Source of the DNA: an uncultured Alphaproteobacteria bacterium
GTDB lineage: Bacteria > Pseudomonadota > Alphaproteobacteria > HIMB59 > GCA-002718135
Length of the DNA: 64,000 nt
Reading direction: 5' to 3'
Assembly (NCBI GenBank): GCA_902580765.1
Contig: CACHLW010000005.1
Span: 173-64,172 of the forward strand
In this document: one piece after another, positions 34,025-43,530 of the stretch
Layout: every line of letters starts with the position of its first letter
How positions within the stretch are numbered: the stretch's first letter is position 1
Program-made: the position numbers and the translations under genes
The notes under the pieces: generated by a model
Told to the model about the DNA's origin: nothing
What the model saw: the letters and a program-made list of their open reading frames with translations, nothing else
Databases searched by the model: none

Positions 34025-34794
34025 TATCTCAAATACTATTATCTAACATTATTCATAAAAGATTTATTCCATTTAAACACACATTGAAATATGAGGTACC
34101 AAGTCTTTTTATTAATTTGGATAATCTTGATCAATTAAGTCAAAACTATAAACTTTTTTCATTAAACTCTTTTAATCTTTTTTCTATTTATGAAAAAGAT
34201 CATGGATATAGAGACAAAAGATCAATAAAGACATTTGTTAAAGATTCCCTCTCTAAATTTGATATTAAATATAAACATCTTAATATAATGATATTATGTT
34301 TTCCAAGAATTTTGGGATATGTATTTGATCCCTTATCAATTATATATTGTTATGATGATAAAAAATTAATATCTATTTTCTATGAAGTCAAAAATACGAC
34401 TAATGAACAACATACCTATATTTTTAAAGGAAATGTAAATTTTGAAGATTTTAAATTATCTCATGAATGTGCAAAGCAGTTTTATGTATCTCCATTCATA
34501 GAAATGGAGGCAAATTATAAATTTTTTAATCGAATGCAAAAAGATAAAATAAATATTAACATTGATCTTTATGATAAAAATAATAAGAAAGTTCTAACAG
34601 CTACTCAGCATGGCAAATTTATAGATTTTAACTCAAAAAATATGTTTAAATTTTTATATTATAATCCACTTTTAGGCTTCAAGATAATGGCTGGAATTCT
34701 TTATGAGGCTTTAAAAATAATTTACAAAGGTGGTAAATATTATGCACGAAAAAAGAAGCCAAATGATACAGTGAGTTTTGAAGGTAATTTTTAA
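34021..34794 (+). CDS. DUF1365 family protein (RSP1090/UfaO-like)
   Basis: H.R..P..H, PRILGYVFDPLS, EVKNT..EQH.Y, K.FYVSPF and I.YEALK. Confidence 0.88.
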   Translation: MISQILLSNIIHKRFIPFKHTLKYEVPSLFINLDNLDQLSQNYKLFSLNSFNLFSIYEKDHGYRDKRSIKTFVKDSLSKFDIKYKHLNIMILCFPRILGYVFDPLSIIYCYDDKKLISIFYEVKNTTNEQHTYIFKGNVNFEDFKLSHECAKQFYVSPFIEMEANYKFFNRMQKDKININIDLYDKNNKKVLTATQHGKFIDFNSKNMFKFLYYNPLLGFKIMAGILYEALKIIYKGGKYYARKKKPNDTVSFEGNF

Positions 34795-35988
34795 ATGAAT
34801 TTTTTTAAAACAAATTTTGATAAAACTGTCGAAAAATTATTAGTAAACTTTTTATCTAAAATTCGATATGGAAAATTAACAGTTCAATTTCCAACTGGCG
34901 AGGAGAGACTTTTTGTTGGAAAAGAGGAGGATATATCTGCAAATATAAAAATTCATAATTATAATTTTTTAAATTTAATTTTTAAAAAAGGTTCTGTAGG
35001 TTTTGCAGAAGCCTATATGAATGGTTACTTTTCAAGCACCGATTTAACTAATTTATTACTACTTTCTCACAAAAATGAGAGTTATTTTTTACAAAGTATA
35101 AATACTAATCTTTTTTTTGCTACTTTTGCCAAATTAAAGCATTTTTTTAATAACAATTCAAAATCACAGAGTAAAAAAAACATTAAATATCATTATGATT
35201 TAGGAAATAATTTTTACGAAAAATGGTTAGATAAAACCATGACTTATTCTTCTGCTCTTTTTGATAATAAGAATACCAATTTATCGGATGCACAATTTAA
35301 CAAATATAGAAAGATTGCTGAAACTTTATCATTAGACTCAGATTCTAAAACTTTAGAAATTGGATGTGGATGGGGAGGCTTTTCATCATTTGTAGCGAAA
35401 AATTACAATTGTTCAGTTGATGCTATAACTATTTCTAAGAAACAGTACGAATATGCTTCTGAAAAAATTCAAAATGAAGGTTTGTCTGAAAAAGTATCAG
35501 TTATATTCAGAGATTATAGGGATATCAAAAAAAAATATTCAAATATTGTTTCAATTGAAATGTTTGAAGCAGTTGGGAAGAAATACTGGCATAATTACTT
35601 TGACACAATTCGTAATTCTCTCAACGATGGTGGTATGGCTGCACTACAAGTCATAACGATTGATGAAAAAAAGGCTAAAGATTATCAAAACAGACCAGAT
35701 TTTATTCAACAATATATTTTTCCAGGTGGAATGCTTCCAACTAAAAAACAATTTGAATATTCGGCAAAACACGTTGGATTAAAATGTATTGAAAATCTAA
35801 GTTTCGGCGGCTCTTATGCAAAAACACTTAAAATGTGGAATAAACAATTTCAAAAATCTTGGAATGATTTATCTCAGTTTGGTTTTGATATTAAATTTAA
35901 AAGAATGTGGGAATTTTATCTATCTTATTGTGAAACAGGTTTTGCAAATAGTTCAACCGATGTTTCTCATTTTTTAATTCAAAAATAG
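34795..35988 (+). CDS. cfa: Cyclopropane-fatty-acyl-phospholipid synthase family SAM methyltransferase (UfaM-like)
   Basis: HYDLGNNFY, MTYSSA, LEIGCGWG, SIEMFEAVG, FIQQYIFPGG and RMWEFYLSYCE. Confidence 0.92.
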   Translation: MNFFKTNFDKTVEKLLVNFLSKIRYGKLTVQFPTGEERLFVGKEEDISANIKIHNYNFLNLIFKKGSVGFAEAYMNGYFSSTDLTNLLLLSHKNESYFLQSINTNLFFATFAKLKHFFNNNSKSQSKKNIKYHYDLGNNFYEKWLDKTMTYSSALFDNKNTNLSDAQFNKYRKIAETLSLDSDSKTLEIGCGWGGFSSFVAKNYNCSVDAITISKKQYEYASEKIQNEGLSEKVSVIFRDYRDIKKKYSNIVSIEMFEAVGKKYWHNYFDTIRNSLNDGGMAALQVITIDEKKAKDYQNRPDFIQQYIFPGGMLPTKKQFEYSAKHVGLKCIENLSFGGSYAKTLKMWNKQFQKSWNDLSQFGFDIKFKRMWEFYLSYCETGFANSSTDVSHFLIQK

Positions 35989-35990
35989 AA

Positions 35991-36503
35991 ATGCAAAAAC
36001 TAAAAGTATTTTTAGTCTTAACTGGTTATCAACTAACTTGGTTAGCCTGTGTATTTGGTGAAACAAAATTTTCTAATTCTATGTTGGGCATTTGGGTTGG
36101 AATTATTTTCTTACTAACTTATTTTTATTTTAATCATAATAAAAAAAAATTTATTAAGATTTCACTTTTGATTTCAGTTCCAGGATATTTTTTTGACACT
36201 TTATTAGTTTATTTGCAAATTTACGATTTTGAAACTATTGCTAAACTTGGTACTCTGCCATTATGGATGATTGTTTTATGGTTTAGTTTCAGTACACTTT
36301 TTGATGAAATTCTTACTTTTTTTAAAAGTTATAAAATTTTAGGAATTATTTTAAGTGGAGTTTTAGGACCTTTAACCTATTATCTTGGTGAGCCTATCGG
36401 AGTTATAAAAATATATAACTTTCAGATTTTTATTATTTCAATGGTATTATTTTGGATGATCTTGATGTTCTATTATCTAAATTACGTTATAAAAAATGAT
36501 TAA
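35991..36503 (+). CDS. DUF2878-like membrane protein
   Basis: YQLTWLACV, PLWMIVLW..F and GPLTYY.G; the usual companion of cfa/DUF1365 clusters. Confidence 0.75.
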   Translation: MQKLKVFLVLTGYQLTWLACVFGETKFSNSMLGIWVGIIFLLTYFYFNHNKKKFIKISLLISVPGYFFDTLLVYLQIYDFETIAKLGTLPLWMIVLWFSFSTLFDEILTFFKSYKILGIILSGVLGPLTYYLGEPIGVIKIYNFQIFIISMVLFWMILMFYYLNYVIKND

Positions 36504-37042
36504 TTTTCTTGATCTACTTTTTTTGTTCTAGTTCTATTTAAAGTTCTTTCGAGATCCTTATAAGTACATAAACCAACATCCATTGGACTCTTTGCCTCAA
36601 GAACTGCTTCTCTGTATGTACCATTTCTTATAGCTTCTACTGTATTTTTTGTTGAGCCGGTAAGTTTTGCAATTTGAGAACTACTTAATTCAGTCGGATA
36701 TCTTTTTATAAGCCACAAAATAGCATATGGCTTTTCTTGTCTTAAAGAAAGAGGTGTATATTTAGAATCTTTTTTTCTTGGTGGTAAATCTTCAATTACA
36801 TCAGACTTAATAAGACTCAAACGAGCTGCATTATCTTTTTCACATCTTTCAATTTCTTCTTTTGTTAATTGATTATTATCAATTGGATCATAACCCCTCA
36901 TACCGACAGCAACTTCTCCATCAGCTATTCCTTGAACCTCTAATTCATGTAATCCACAGAATTCAGCTATTTGATCAAACGTTAAAGCTGTATTTTCAAC
37001 TAACCATATCGCTGTTGCTTTAGGCATTAAAGGATATTTCAT
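36500..37042 (-). CDS. DUF1013 family protein (TrcR-like alphaproteobacterial transcription regulator)
   Basis: PLMPKATAIWLVENTALTFDQIAEFCGLHELEVQGIADGEV and KYTP.S.RQ.KP.AI.W. Start likely at ATG 37042. Confidence 0.9.
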   Translation of the reverse strand: MKYPLMPKATAIWLVENTALTFDQIAEFCGLHELEVQGIADGEVAVGMRGYDPIDNNQLTKEEIERCEKDNAARLSLIKSDVIEDLPPRKKDSKYTPLSLRQEKPYAILWLIKRYPTELSSSQIAKLTGSTKNTVEAIRNGTYREAVLEAKSPMDVGLCTYKDLERTLNRTRTKKVDQEN

Positions 37043-37086
37043 AATTGGCTCATATAATATAATCAAAAAATAATATATAACAAAAT

Positions 37087-37275
37087 ATGACTATGACAGA
37101 TTTTTTTGAAGTTGATGAAAAACAAAAGACGGTCAAAATATTAAATTTGGATGATTTCAGTGTTGAGGATTTGCAAAATTATATTTCTGAACTTCAAACT
37201 GAAATACTAAGAGTTCAAGATGAGATAAAGAAGAAGGAAAATTTAAAACTTAATGCTGAAAAGTTTTTTAAATAA
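37087..37275 (+). CDS. DUF1192 family protein
   Basis: LDDFSVEDLQNYI..L..EI.R....KK.....AEKFFK; usual neighbour of DUF1013 and rpmE. Confidence 0.8.
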   Translation: MTMTDFFEVDEKQKTVKILNLDDFSVEDLQNYISELQTEILRVQDEIKKKENLKLNAEKFFK

Positions 37276-37503
37276 TTATTTATTAATTTTAAGACCTTTA
37301 AATCTTTTTTGGAATCTAGCTACCTGTCCTTCAGATTCATTAAGACCAGCCTTACCACCGGTCCATGCGGGGTGAGATTTAGAATCAATTTCTAATTTAA
37401 GAGTATCACCTTCTTTACCCCAAGTAGATCTAGTTTTAAAAGTAGATCCATCAGTCATAACCACGTTTATTTCATGATATTTAGGATGTATATCTTTTTT
37501 CAT
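37276..37503 (-). CDS. rpmE: 50S ribosomal protein L31
   Basis: [10 protein letters not shown]...MTDG...STWG...[12 protein letters not shown]. Confidence 0.97.
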   Translation of the reverse strand: MKKDIHPKYHEINVVMTDGSTFKTRSTWGKEGDTLKLEIDSKSHPAWTGGKAGLNESEGQVARFQKRFKGLKINK

Positions 37504-37527
37504 GCCTGTCTTATATTTATATAGATT

Positions 37528-38304
37528 TCAAAGTAAAGTAAGTTTTTTTACTAATTCATTATGAATTTTATTATTTGAAGCAACTAAATCACGAGAATTT
37601 GTTTCCCATGCACTTCCATCTATTTTAGAAATTTTCCCCCCAGCTTCTTTAACTAAAAGAATGCCCGTTGAAACATCCCATAAATTTAGATTTTTTTCCC
37701 AAAAACCATCTAATTTACCAGAGGCAACATATGCAAGATCAAGGCCTGCAGAACCGAGTCTTCTTATTCCTGCAGACGATTTTAGGATTTCATCAATCTC
37801 ACTTAAATAGTTTTTATAAATTCTTTCTCCAAATGGAAGCCCAGTACCTATCAAGCAATCTGAAAAAATTTGCCTGTTTGATACTCTAAGTCTACTATTA
37901 TTACACCACGAACCTTTACCCTTAGAACTCCAAAAAAATTCGTTTAAAATTGGATTATAAATCACACCGTCTGTGATTTCATCATTTGTCATTTTAGCAA
38001 CAATTATTCCAACATGAGGTATTCCATGAATAAAATTAGATGTTCCATCAATGGGATCAATAATAATGGTGTTTTCATCGCCCTTTATTTCACCAGTTTC
38101 TTCAGTTATGTAAGTATAATCTGGATAATAATATTTTAGAGTTTCTAAAAGTGTTTTTTCTACTTTAATATCTGCATTAGTTACAAAATCTCCAACTGAT
38201 TTAGATTGTATTTGTAAATTTTCTAATTCTCCAAAATCTCTTAATAATATTTTACCAGCTTTTTTTACTGCCTTTTCAAAGATATTAATTACAGCAGGCT
38301 GCAT
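37528..38304 (-). CDS. suhB: Inositol monophosphatase family protein
   Basis: DFVTNAD, IIDPIDGTSNF, RRLGSAGLDLAYVA.G and WDVS.G. Confidence 0.93.
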   Translation of the reverse strand: MQPAVINIFEKAVKKAGKILLRDFGELENLQIQSKSVGDFVTNADIKVEKTLLETLKYYYPDYTYITEETGEIKGDENTIIIDPIDGTSNFIHGIPHVGIIVAKMTNDEITDGVIYNPILNEFFWSSKGKGSWCNNSRLRVSNRQIFSDCLIGTGLPFGERIYKNYLSEIDEILKSSAGIRRLGSAGLDLAYVASGKLDGFWEKNLNLWDVSTGILLVKEAGGKISKIDGSAWETNSRDLVASNNKIHNELVKKLTLL

Positions 38305-38873
38305 TAATTTTTTGATTTTTCGATATAACTACCGTCAATTGTACTTATTACTATTTTATCATTAACTGCAATAAATTGCGGTACAGATGTTTTAATATTC
38401 TTTTCTAAAGTAGCTGGTTTATATGATGAAGCAGCTGTTTGACCTTTTACAACACCTTCAGTTTCTATAACAGTTAATTCTACAGTATCAGGTAAGTCAA
38501 TTCCGACAGGTTTTTCATTATAGAAATTAATATTAACATTACTATTCTCAACTAAAAATTTTGATAGATCCTCAGTTAATATGTCTGAGCCAAGTTCTAT
38601 TTGTTCATAAGTTTGTTTATCCATGAATATAAAATTATTATTATCATCATAAAGATATTGAAATTCTTTTTCATCAAGGATAGCTCTTTCTACTGTTTCT
38701 GATGATCTAAACCTACTATTCATTTTGGTACCTTCTCTTATTTCTTTAAGTTCAGCTTGTAAGTAGGCACCACCCTTTCCTGGTTGAGTATGCTGGGTTT
38801 TCAAAACTTTCCAAAGTTTGTTATTAATTTCTAAAATATTTCCAACTTTAATTTCATTTCCATCTATTTTCAT
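38304..38873 (-). CDS. efp: Elongation factor P
   Basis: HTQPGKGGAY, RFRS.E.VE, KGQTA.SSYKPA and VPQFI. Confidence 0.97.
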   Translation of the reverse strand: MKIDGNEIKVGNILEINNKLWKVLKTQHTQPGKGGAYLQAELKEIREGTKMNSRFRSSETVERAILDEKEFQYLYDDNNNFIFMDKQTYEQIELGSDILTEDLSKFLVENSNVNINFYNEKPVGIDLPDTVELTVIETEGVVKGQTAASSYKPATLEKNIKTSVPQFIAVNDKIVISTIDGSYIEKSKN

Positions 38874-39268
38874 AGTTTTATCTTAAGTTTTTTTTGTATA
38901 TTTTTAATTTTCGTAAGATCTACTACATCAAAAGTTGGATTTAATAAAACCTTATTTTTTTTAGCAATTTGATTAATTTTATTTAGGATGATTTTATTAT
39001 TTTTTAATTTTAAATAATCAATATTTTCGTGAGTTAATAATATACTAAGACCTTGATCATAGCCTGAGTCGATAAAAAACTTAATATTGTGTGTCTTATA
39101 TTTATTTTTAATATAGTTTATTAACGTTCTAAGCCACTCTATTCCAAAACCTTTAATTAAAAAATATTTTATAAATATGACCGAAGTTTTGAACTTTGAT
39201 TTTCGAAATTCTATTAAATTTTCAATTTGTATTAGTGTCGATACTGCAAAACAAATTTTTTTAGGCAC
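38870..39268 (-). CDS. Hypothetical protein between gap and efp
   Basis: 132 aa; GTG start overlaps the gap stop and the stop overlaps the efp start; G..W and FIDSG.DQG motifs. Confidence 0.65.
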   Translation of the reverse strand: MPKKICFAVSTLIQIENLIEFRKSKFKTSVIFIKYFLIKGFGIEWLRTLINYIKNKYKTHNIKFFIDSGYDQGLSILLTHENIDYLKLKNNKIILNKINQIAKKNKVLLNPTFDVVDLTKIKNIQKKLKIKL

Positions 39269-40272
39269 TAAATAAATTTTTTAAGATTAACCATAGTGTC
39301 TACCATTCTATTTGAGAATCCCCATTCATTATCATACCAAGATAAAACTCTACAGAATTTATCTTTGACAACTTGTGTTTGACTCATATCAAATACAGAA
39401 CTGCTTGAATTATGATTAAAATCAATTGAAACCAGAGGTAATGAGTTTGTTGTTAGTATTCCATTTAATTTTTTAGTTTTTGAAGCTTGAAGAACTATAG
39501 AATTAATTTTTTTTGGGTTAGTTTTCTTCTTACTTACAAATGTAAGATCTATAAGTGAGACATTAGGAGTAGGTACTCGAATAGCTGTTCCATCTAGTTT
39601 ACCTTTTAATTTTGGTAAGACTAGACTCAAAGCCTTTGCCGCTCCTGTAGAAGTTGGAATCATCGACTCGGCTGCAGCCCTTGCTCTTCTAAAGTCAGAA
39701 TGGGTTTGATCAACAGTTCTTTGATCACCCGTGTAACTATGAATTGTTGTCATAAAACCACTTTCAATTCCTAATTTTTCATCAAGAACCATAGCTAAAG
39801 GAGCAAGACAGTTAGTAGTACAAGATCCGTTTGAAATTACATTATGATTTTTTTTAATGGTATCGTTATTTACACCTTGAACAATTGTGGCATCTACATT
39901 TGAAGCTGGTGCTGAAATAATAACTTTTTTTGCTCCTGCATTTAAATGAGAAATCGCCTTTTCTTTTGACGTAAAAACACCACTACATTCAAGAACAACA
40001 TCTACCTTGAGTGATTTCCAAGGAAGGTTAATAGGATCTCTTTCAGAATAAAAATTAATTTTATGTTTACCAATTTTTAATCCATTTTTGATTGAGCTAA
40101 TCTCATCTTTAAGAATACCGTGAACACTGTCATATTTAAGTAAATGAGCACTGCTCTCAACACTTCCTAGTTCATTAATAGCTACAATATTAATATCTTT
40201 AGGATTTTTTTCTAATAAAGCTCTAAAAACAAGTTTTCCAATTCTTCCAAATCCATTTATTGCAACTTTCAT
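39268..40272 (-). CDS. gap: Glyceraldehyde-3-phosphate dehydrogenase, type I
   Basis: INGFGRIG, SCTTNCLAP, PTSTGAAKA, RVPTPNVS and WYDNEWGFS. Confidence 0.98.
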   Translation of the reverse strand: MKVAINGFGRIGKLVFRALLEKNPKDINIVAINELGSVESSAHLLKYDSVHGILKDEISSIKNGLKIGKHKINFYSERDPINLPWKSLKVDVVLECSGVFTSKEKAISHLNAGAKKVIISAPASNVDATIVQGVNNDTIKKNHNVISNGSCTTNCLAPLAMVLDEKLGIESGFMTTIHSYTGDQRTVDQTHSDFRRARAAAESMIPTSTGAAKALSLVLPKLKGKLDGTAIRVPTPNVSLIDLTFVSKKKTNPKKINSIVLQASKTKKLNGILTTNSLPLVSIDFNHNSSSSVFDMSQTQVVKDKFCRVLSWYDNEWGFSNRMVDTMVNLKKFI

Positions 40273-40283
40273 ATTTCTCCTTT

Positions 40284-42260
40284 TTATAAACTTTTAATTA
40301 TTTTTTCAATTAAGTAATCATCTGTTATCTTAAAGTGCTTATATAAATCTTTGTATGGACCACTTTCACCAAAAGTTGACATACCAACAAAATTTTCATT
40401 TTTAATATATTTTTCCCAACCATTTATTACTCCAGCCTCAATAGCAAAAATAGGTTTATTTCCTAAAATTTCATTTTTATAACCATCATCATTTTTCTCA
40501 AACAATTCAAATGAAGACATGCTTACAACTCTTATCTTTAAATTATTGTTTTCAAAAAGTTTATTTGATGCAGAGCAAGCAATCTCAACTTCAGAACCAG
40601 AAGATAAAATTGTTGCATCATATTCTTTAAAATCTCTTATTTTATAAGCACCTTTATTTACAAGATTTTCTTTGCGATTATCTTTTTGTAGCATCGGTAG
40701 ATTCTGTCTTGTTAAAACTAAGATTGTTGGTCCAGTATTGTTGATTGCACATTCCCATGCTTCTATAGTTTCAATAATATCACAAGGCCTAATGACTGTT
40801 AAATTTGGTATAGATCTTAAAGATGCAAGATGTTCAACAGGTTGATGGGTTGGTCCATCTTCTCCTAATCCTATTGAGTCATGCGTCATTACATAAATAA
40901 CTGGTATATTCATAATAGCTGATAACCTAATTGAAGGTCTGCAATAATCGGTAAATACCAAAAACGTTCCTCCGTATGGAATTAAACCTTTATGCAAAGC
41001 AATGCCATTCATTACTCCAGCCATTCCATGTTCTCTAATGCCGTAATGAATATAATTTCCATTAAAATTATTAGATGTAATTACATTCATATCTTTTGCC
41101 TTAGTGTTATTTGATCCAGTAAGATCAGCAGATCCACCAACAAGATTTTTTTGATAGTTTGAAATTAAATTTAGCGTTAGCTCACTCGATTTTCTTGAAG
41201 CACAATTTGTTTTATCATTAAAATGCTCAGATTTTAATTCATTAAGTTTTTCTGGAATTTGATGATCAATTTTTTGATAAAAACTATCTTTAAAATTTTT
41301 ACTTTCAATTAATTCTTTGTTTTTTGATAACCATGAATTTCTTGATTCTTCATTTCTTTTATAGAAACTTCTCCACTCACATAATAAATCATTTGGAATT
41401 TCAAACGGCGAATAATTCCATTCTAATTTTTTTCTTATTAAACTAATTTCATCTTCACCAAGAGGTGAACCATGTGATGAAGCTGAACCCTCTTTGTTAG
41501 GAGAGCCGAAACCAATTTTAGTTTTACAAGATATAATTGTAGGAGCATCACTTTTTTTTGCTTGAATTATAGCTTGATCAATTTCCTCATATTTATGACC
41601 ATCTATTTCAATTATATTCCAATTATAAGCTTCAAATCTTTTTTTCACATTGTCTGAAACTGAAAGATCTGTTGATCCATCTATGGAAATAGAATTATTA
41701 TCAAAAAACATAATAAGCTTATTTAATTTCAAATGTCCTGCGAGACTACACGCTTCATGACTTAAACCTTCCATTAAGCATCCATCTCCAGCAAAAACAT
41801 AAGTAAAATGATCAAATAATTCTTTTCCATAATTACTTGATAATTTTTTTTCTGCTAGCGCCATTCCAACTGCATTTGCTAAACCTTGAGACAAAGGCCC
41901 AGTAGTTGTTTCTATCCCTTCTGCACTTCCGTATTCTGGGTGACCTGCAGTTTTATTATGTAATTGTCTAAAATTTTTAATTTGATTTATGTCAATGTCT
42001 TTATATCCTGTTAGATACAAACAAGAGTATAAAAGCATTGAGCCATGTCCATTTGAAATAATTAATCTATCTCTATCAATCCACTCCGGATCATTCGGAT
42101 CAAACTTTAAATGATTTTTATAAAGAACTGTTGCGATGTCTGCCATACCCATAGGCATACCAGGATGACCAGATTTTGCTTTTTCCACTGCATCCATTGA
42201 TAAAAATCTAATACAATTTGATAATTGTCTTAGATTGTTGATATTATTTAAATTATTCAA
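40284..42260 (-). CDS. tkt: Transketolase
   Basis: SGHPGMPMG, GHPE, TTGPL.QG, GDGCLMEG, GIREHGM and THDSIGLGEDGPTHQP. Confidence 0.98.
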   Translation of the reverse strand: MNNLNNINNLRQLSNCIRFLSMDAVEKAKSGHPGMPMGMADIATVLYKNHLKFDPNDPEWIDRDRLIISNGHGSMLLYSCLYLTGYKDIDINQIKNFRQLHNKTAGHPEYGSAEGIETTTGPLSQGLANAVGMALAEKKLSSNYGKELFDHFTYVFAGDGCLMEGLSHEACSLAGHLKLNKLIMFFDNNSISIDGSTDLSVSDNVKKRFEAYNWNIIEIDGHKYEEIDQAIIQAKKSDAPTIISCKTKIGFGSPNKEGSASSHGSPLGEDEISLIRKKLEWNYSPFEIPNDLLCEWRSFYKRNEESRNSWLSKNKELIESKNFKDSFYQKIDHQIPEKLNELKSEHFNDKTNCASRKSSELTLNLISNYQKNLVGGSADLTGSNNTKAKDMNVITSNNFNGNYIHYGIREHGMAGVMNGIALHKGLIPYGGTFLVFTDYCRPSIRLSAIMNIPVIYVMTHDSIGLGEDGPTHQPVEHLASLRSIPNLTVIRPCDIIETIEAWECAINNTGPTILVLTRQNLPMLQKDNRKENLVNKGAYKIRDFKEYDATILSSGSEVEIACSASNKLFENNNLKIRVVSMSSFELFEKNDDGYKNEILGNKPIFAIEAGVINGWEKYIKNENFVGMSTFGESGPYKDLYKHFKITDDYLIEKIIKSL

Positions 42261-42345
42261 ATACTTACCTTTATGGTTGATATAAAATTATTTAATATGG
42301 GTTCATTACAGTGACAATTATAAAATTACAAACTATAAAATTATA

Positions 42346-42534
42346 ATGAAAATACAAAAAAAAATTACAGTTCTAAGCGAAAACTTAATTAATCTAAGAT
42401 CAACTTTAGAAGATTTTAAGGATCATCATATTTCTAAGAAAGAAAAAATTAAAAATCTTGAAAATGAAATTAAAAATTTACGAAAACAAATGTCCGAGTA
42501 TATTGATGAATTAGAACTTCTAATTAAGAAATAA
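42346..42534 (+). CDS. Small coiled-coil protein upstream of zapA (ZapB/ZauP-like position)
   Basis: 62-aa heptad-rich ORF divergent from tkt and ending 2 nt before zapA, a common alphaproteobacterial arrangement. Confidence 0.6.
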   Translation: MKIQKKITVLSENLINLRSTLEDFKDHHISKKEKIKNLENEIKNLRKQMSEYIDELELLIKK

Positions 42535-42536
42535 CG

Positions 42537-42956
42537 ATGCCTTTTTATAAGACAAAAATTTTAAATAGAGAAATATCCTTAGAATATGAAAAAAAAGATG
42601 AAAAAAAAATAATAGATTCAATTAATTTAATTAATGAAAAAATTGATAATAAATTACAAAATCCAAAATATTCTAATGGAAAAATAAGTGATACTATATT
42701 GTTATCACTTCTCTCTATTGAGCTTCAAGCAGAGCTTTCAGATAAATTAAATGTAGAAAGAAGTTCAGAAGTAAATGATACCAAGAAACAAGAATATCTA
42801 AAGAACAATTTAGAACTTAAAGACAAAATACTAAAACTACAAAATGAAAAAAAAATTTTAGAAGATGAAAAATTGAAATTAGATCAAGATTTTGATGAAA
42901 TAAATAAAAAGGTAGAAGGTTTAATTGATATAATTAAGAATTCTTATTATGAATAA
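42537..42956 (+). CDS. zapA: Cell division protein ZapA (divergent)
   Basis: N-terminal ILNREISL...E pattern, ISDTILLSLLSIEL..EL helix and coiled-coil tail; lies between tkt and ygfA. Confidence 0.65.
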   Translation: MPFYKTKILNREISLEYEKKDEKKIIDSINLINEKIDNKLQNPKYSNGKISDTILLSLLSIELQAELSDKLNVERSSEVNDTKKQEYLKNNLELKDKILKLQNEKKILEDEKLKLDQDFDEINKKVEGLIDIIKNSYYE

Positions 42957-43530
42957 TATTAAAGATGAAAAATCAATTATCAGAAAAAAACAAAAAATTA
43001 TAAGAGATAAGATTTTTAATAATAAACCATCTCATTTTGCTCTATCTTTGTTTAATGAGCTTTTTGAAAAAATTAACTTTCAAGAAATTAATATAGTTTC
43101 TAGTTTTATTTCTATAAATTCTGAGATAAATACTAAAGAGCTTAACAATCTTATCTTTATTAAAAATAAAATTTTATGTCTCCCAGTAATTGAAAAAAAA
43201 AATAGTCATTTAATCTTTAAGCAATTTAAAAGTGAAGAGAATTTTGTAAAAGGATACATGAATATATCAGAGCCTCAAAATAAAAATAAAATTTTAAATC
43301 CTGAATTAATTTTTGTACCTTGTTTAGCTTTTGATAAGAAGGGAAATAGATTAGGTTATGGTGGAGGTTATTATGACAGGACATTTGCTTATTTAAATAA
43401 AATTAATCATCGATTCATCTCTGTAGCTTATGCATATGAAGAACAAAAGTTAGATTACATACCCATAGACAAATTTGATTTTAAAGTGGATTATGTTATT
43501 ACTGAAAAAAATTTATATAGTTTTCAATGA
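42949..43530 (+). CDS. ygfA: 5-formyltetrahydrofolate cyclo-ligase
   Basis: IFVPCLAFDKKGNRLGYGGGYYDRT and D..VDYVITE. Confidence 0.95.
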   Translation: MNNIKDEKSIIRKKQKIIRDKIFNNKPSHFALSLFNELFEKINFQEINIVSSFISINSEINTKELNNLIFIKNKILCLPVIEKKNSHLIFKQFKSEENFVKGYMNISEPQNKNKILNPELIFVPCLAFDKKGNRLGYGGGYYDRTFAYLNKINHRFISVAYAYEEQKLDYIPIDKFDFKVDYVITEKNLYSFQ

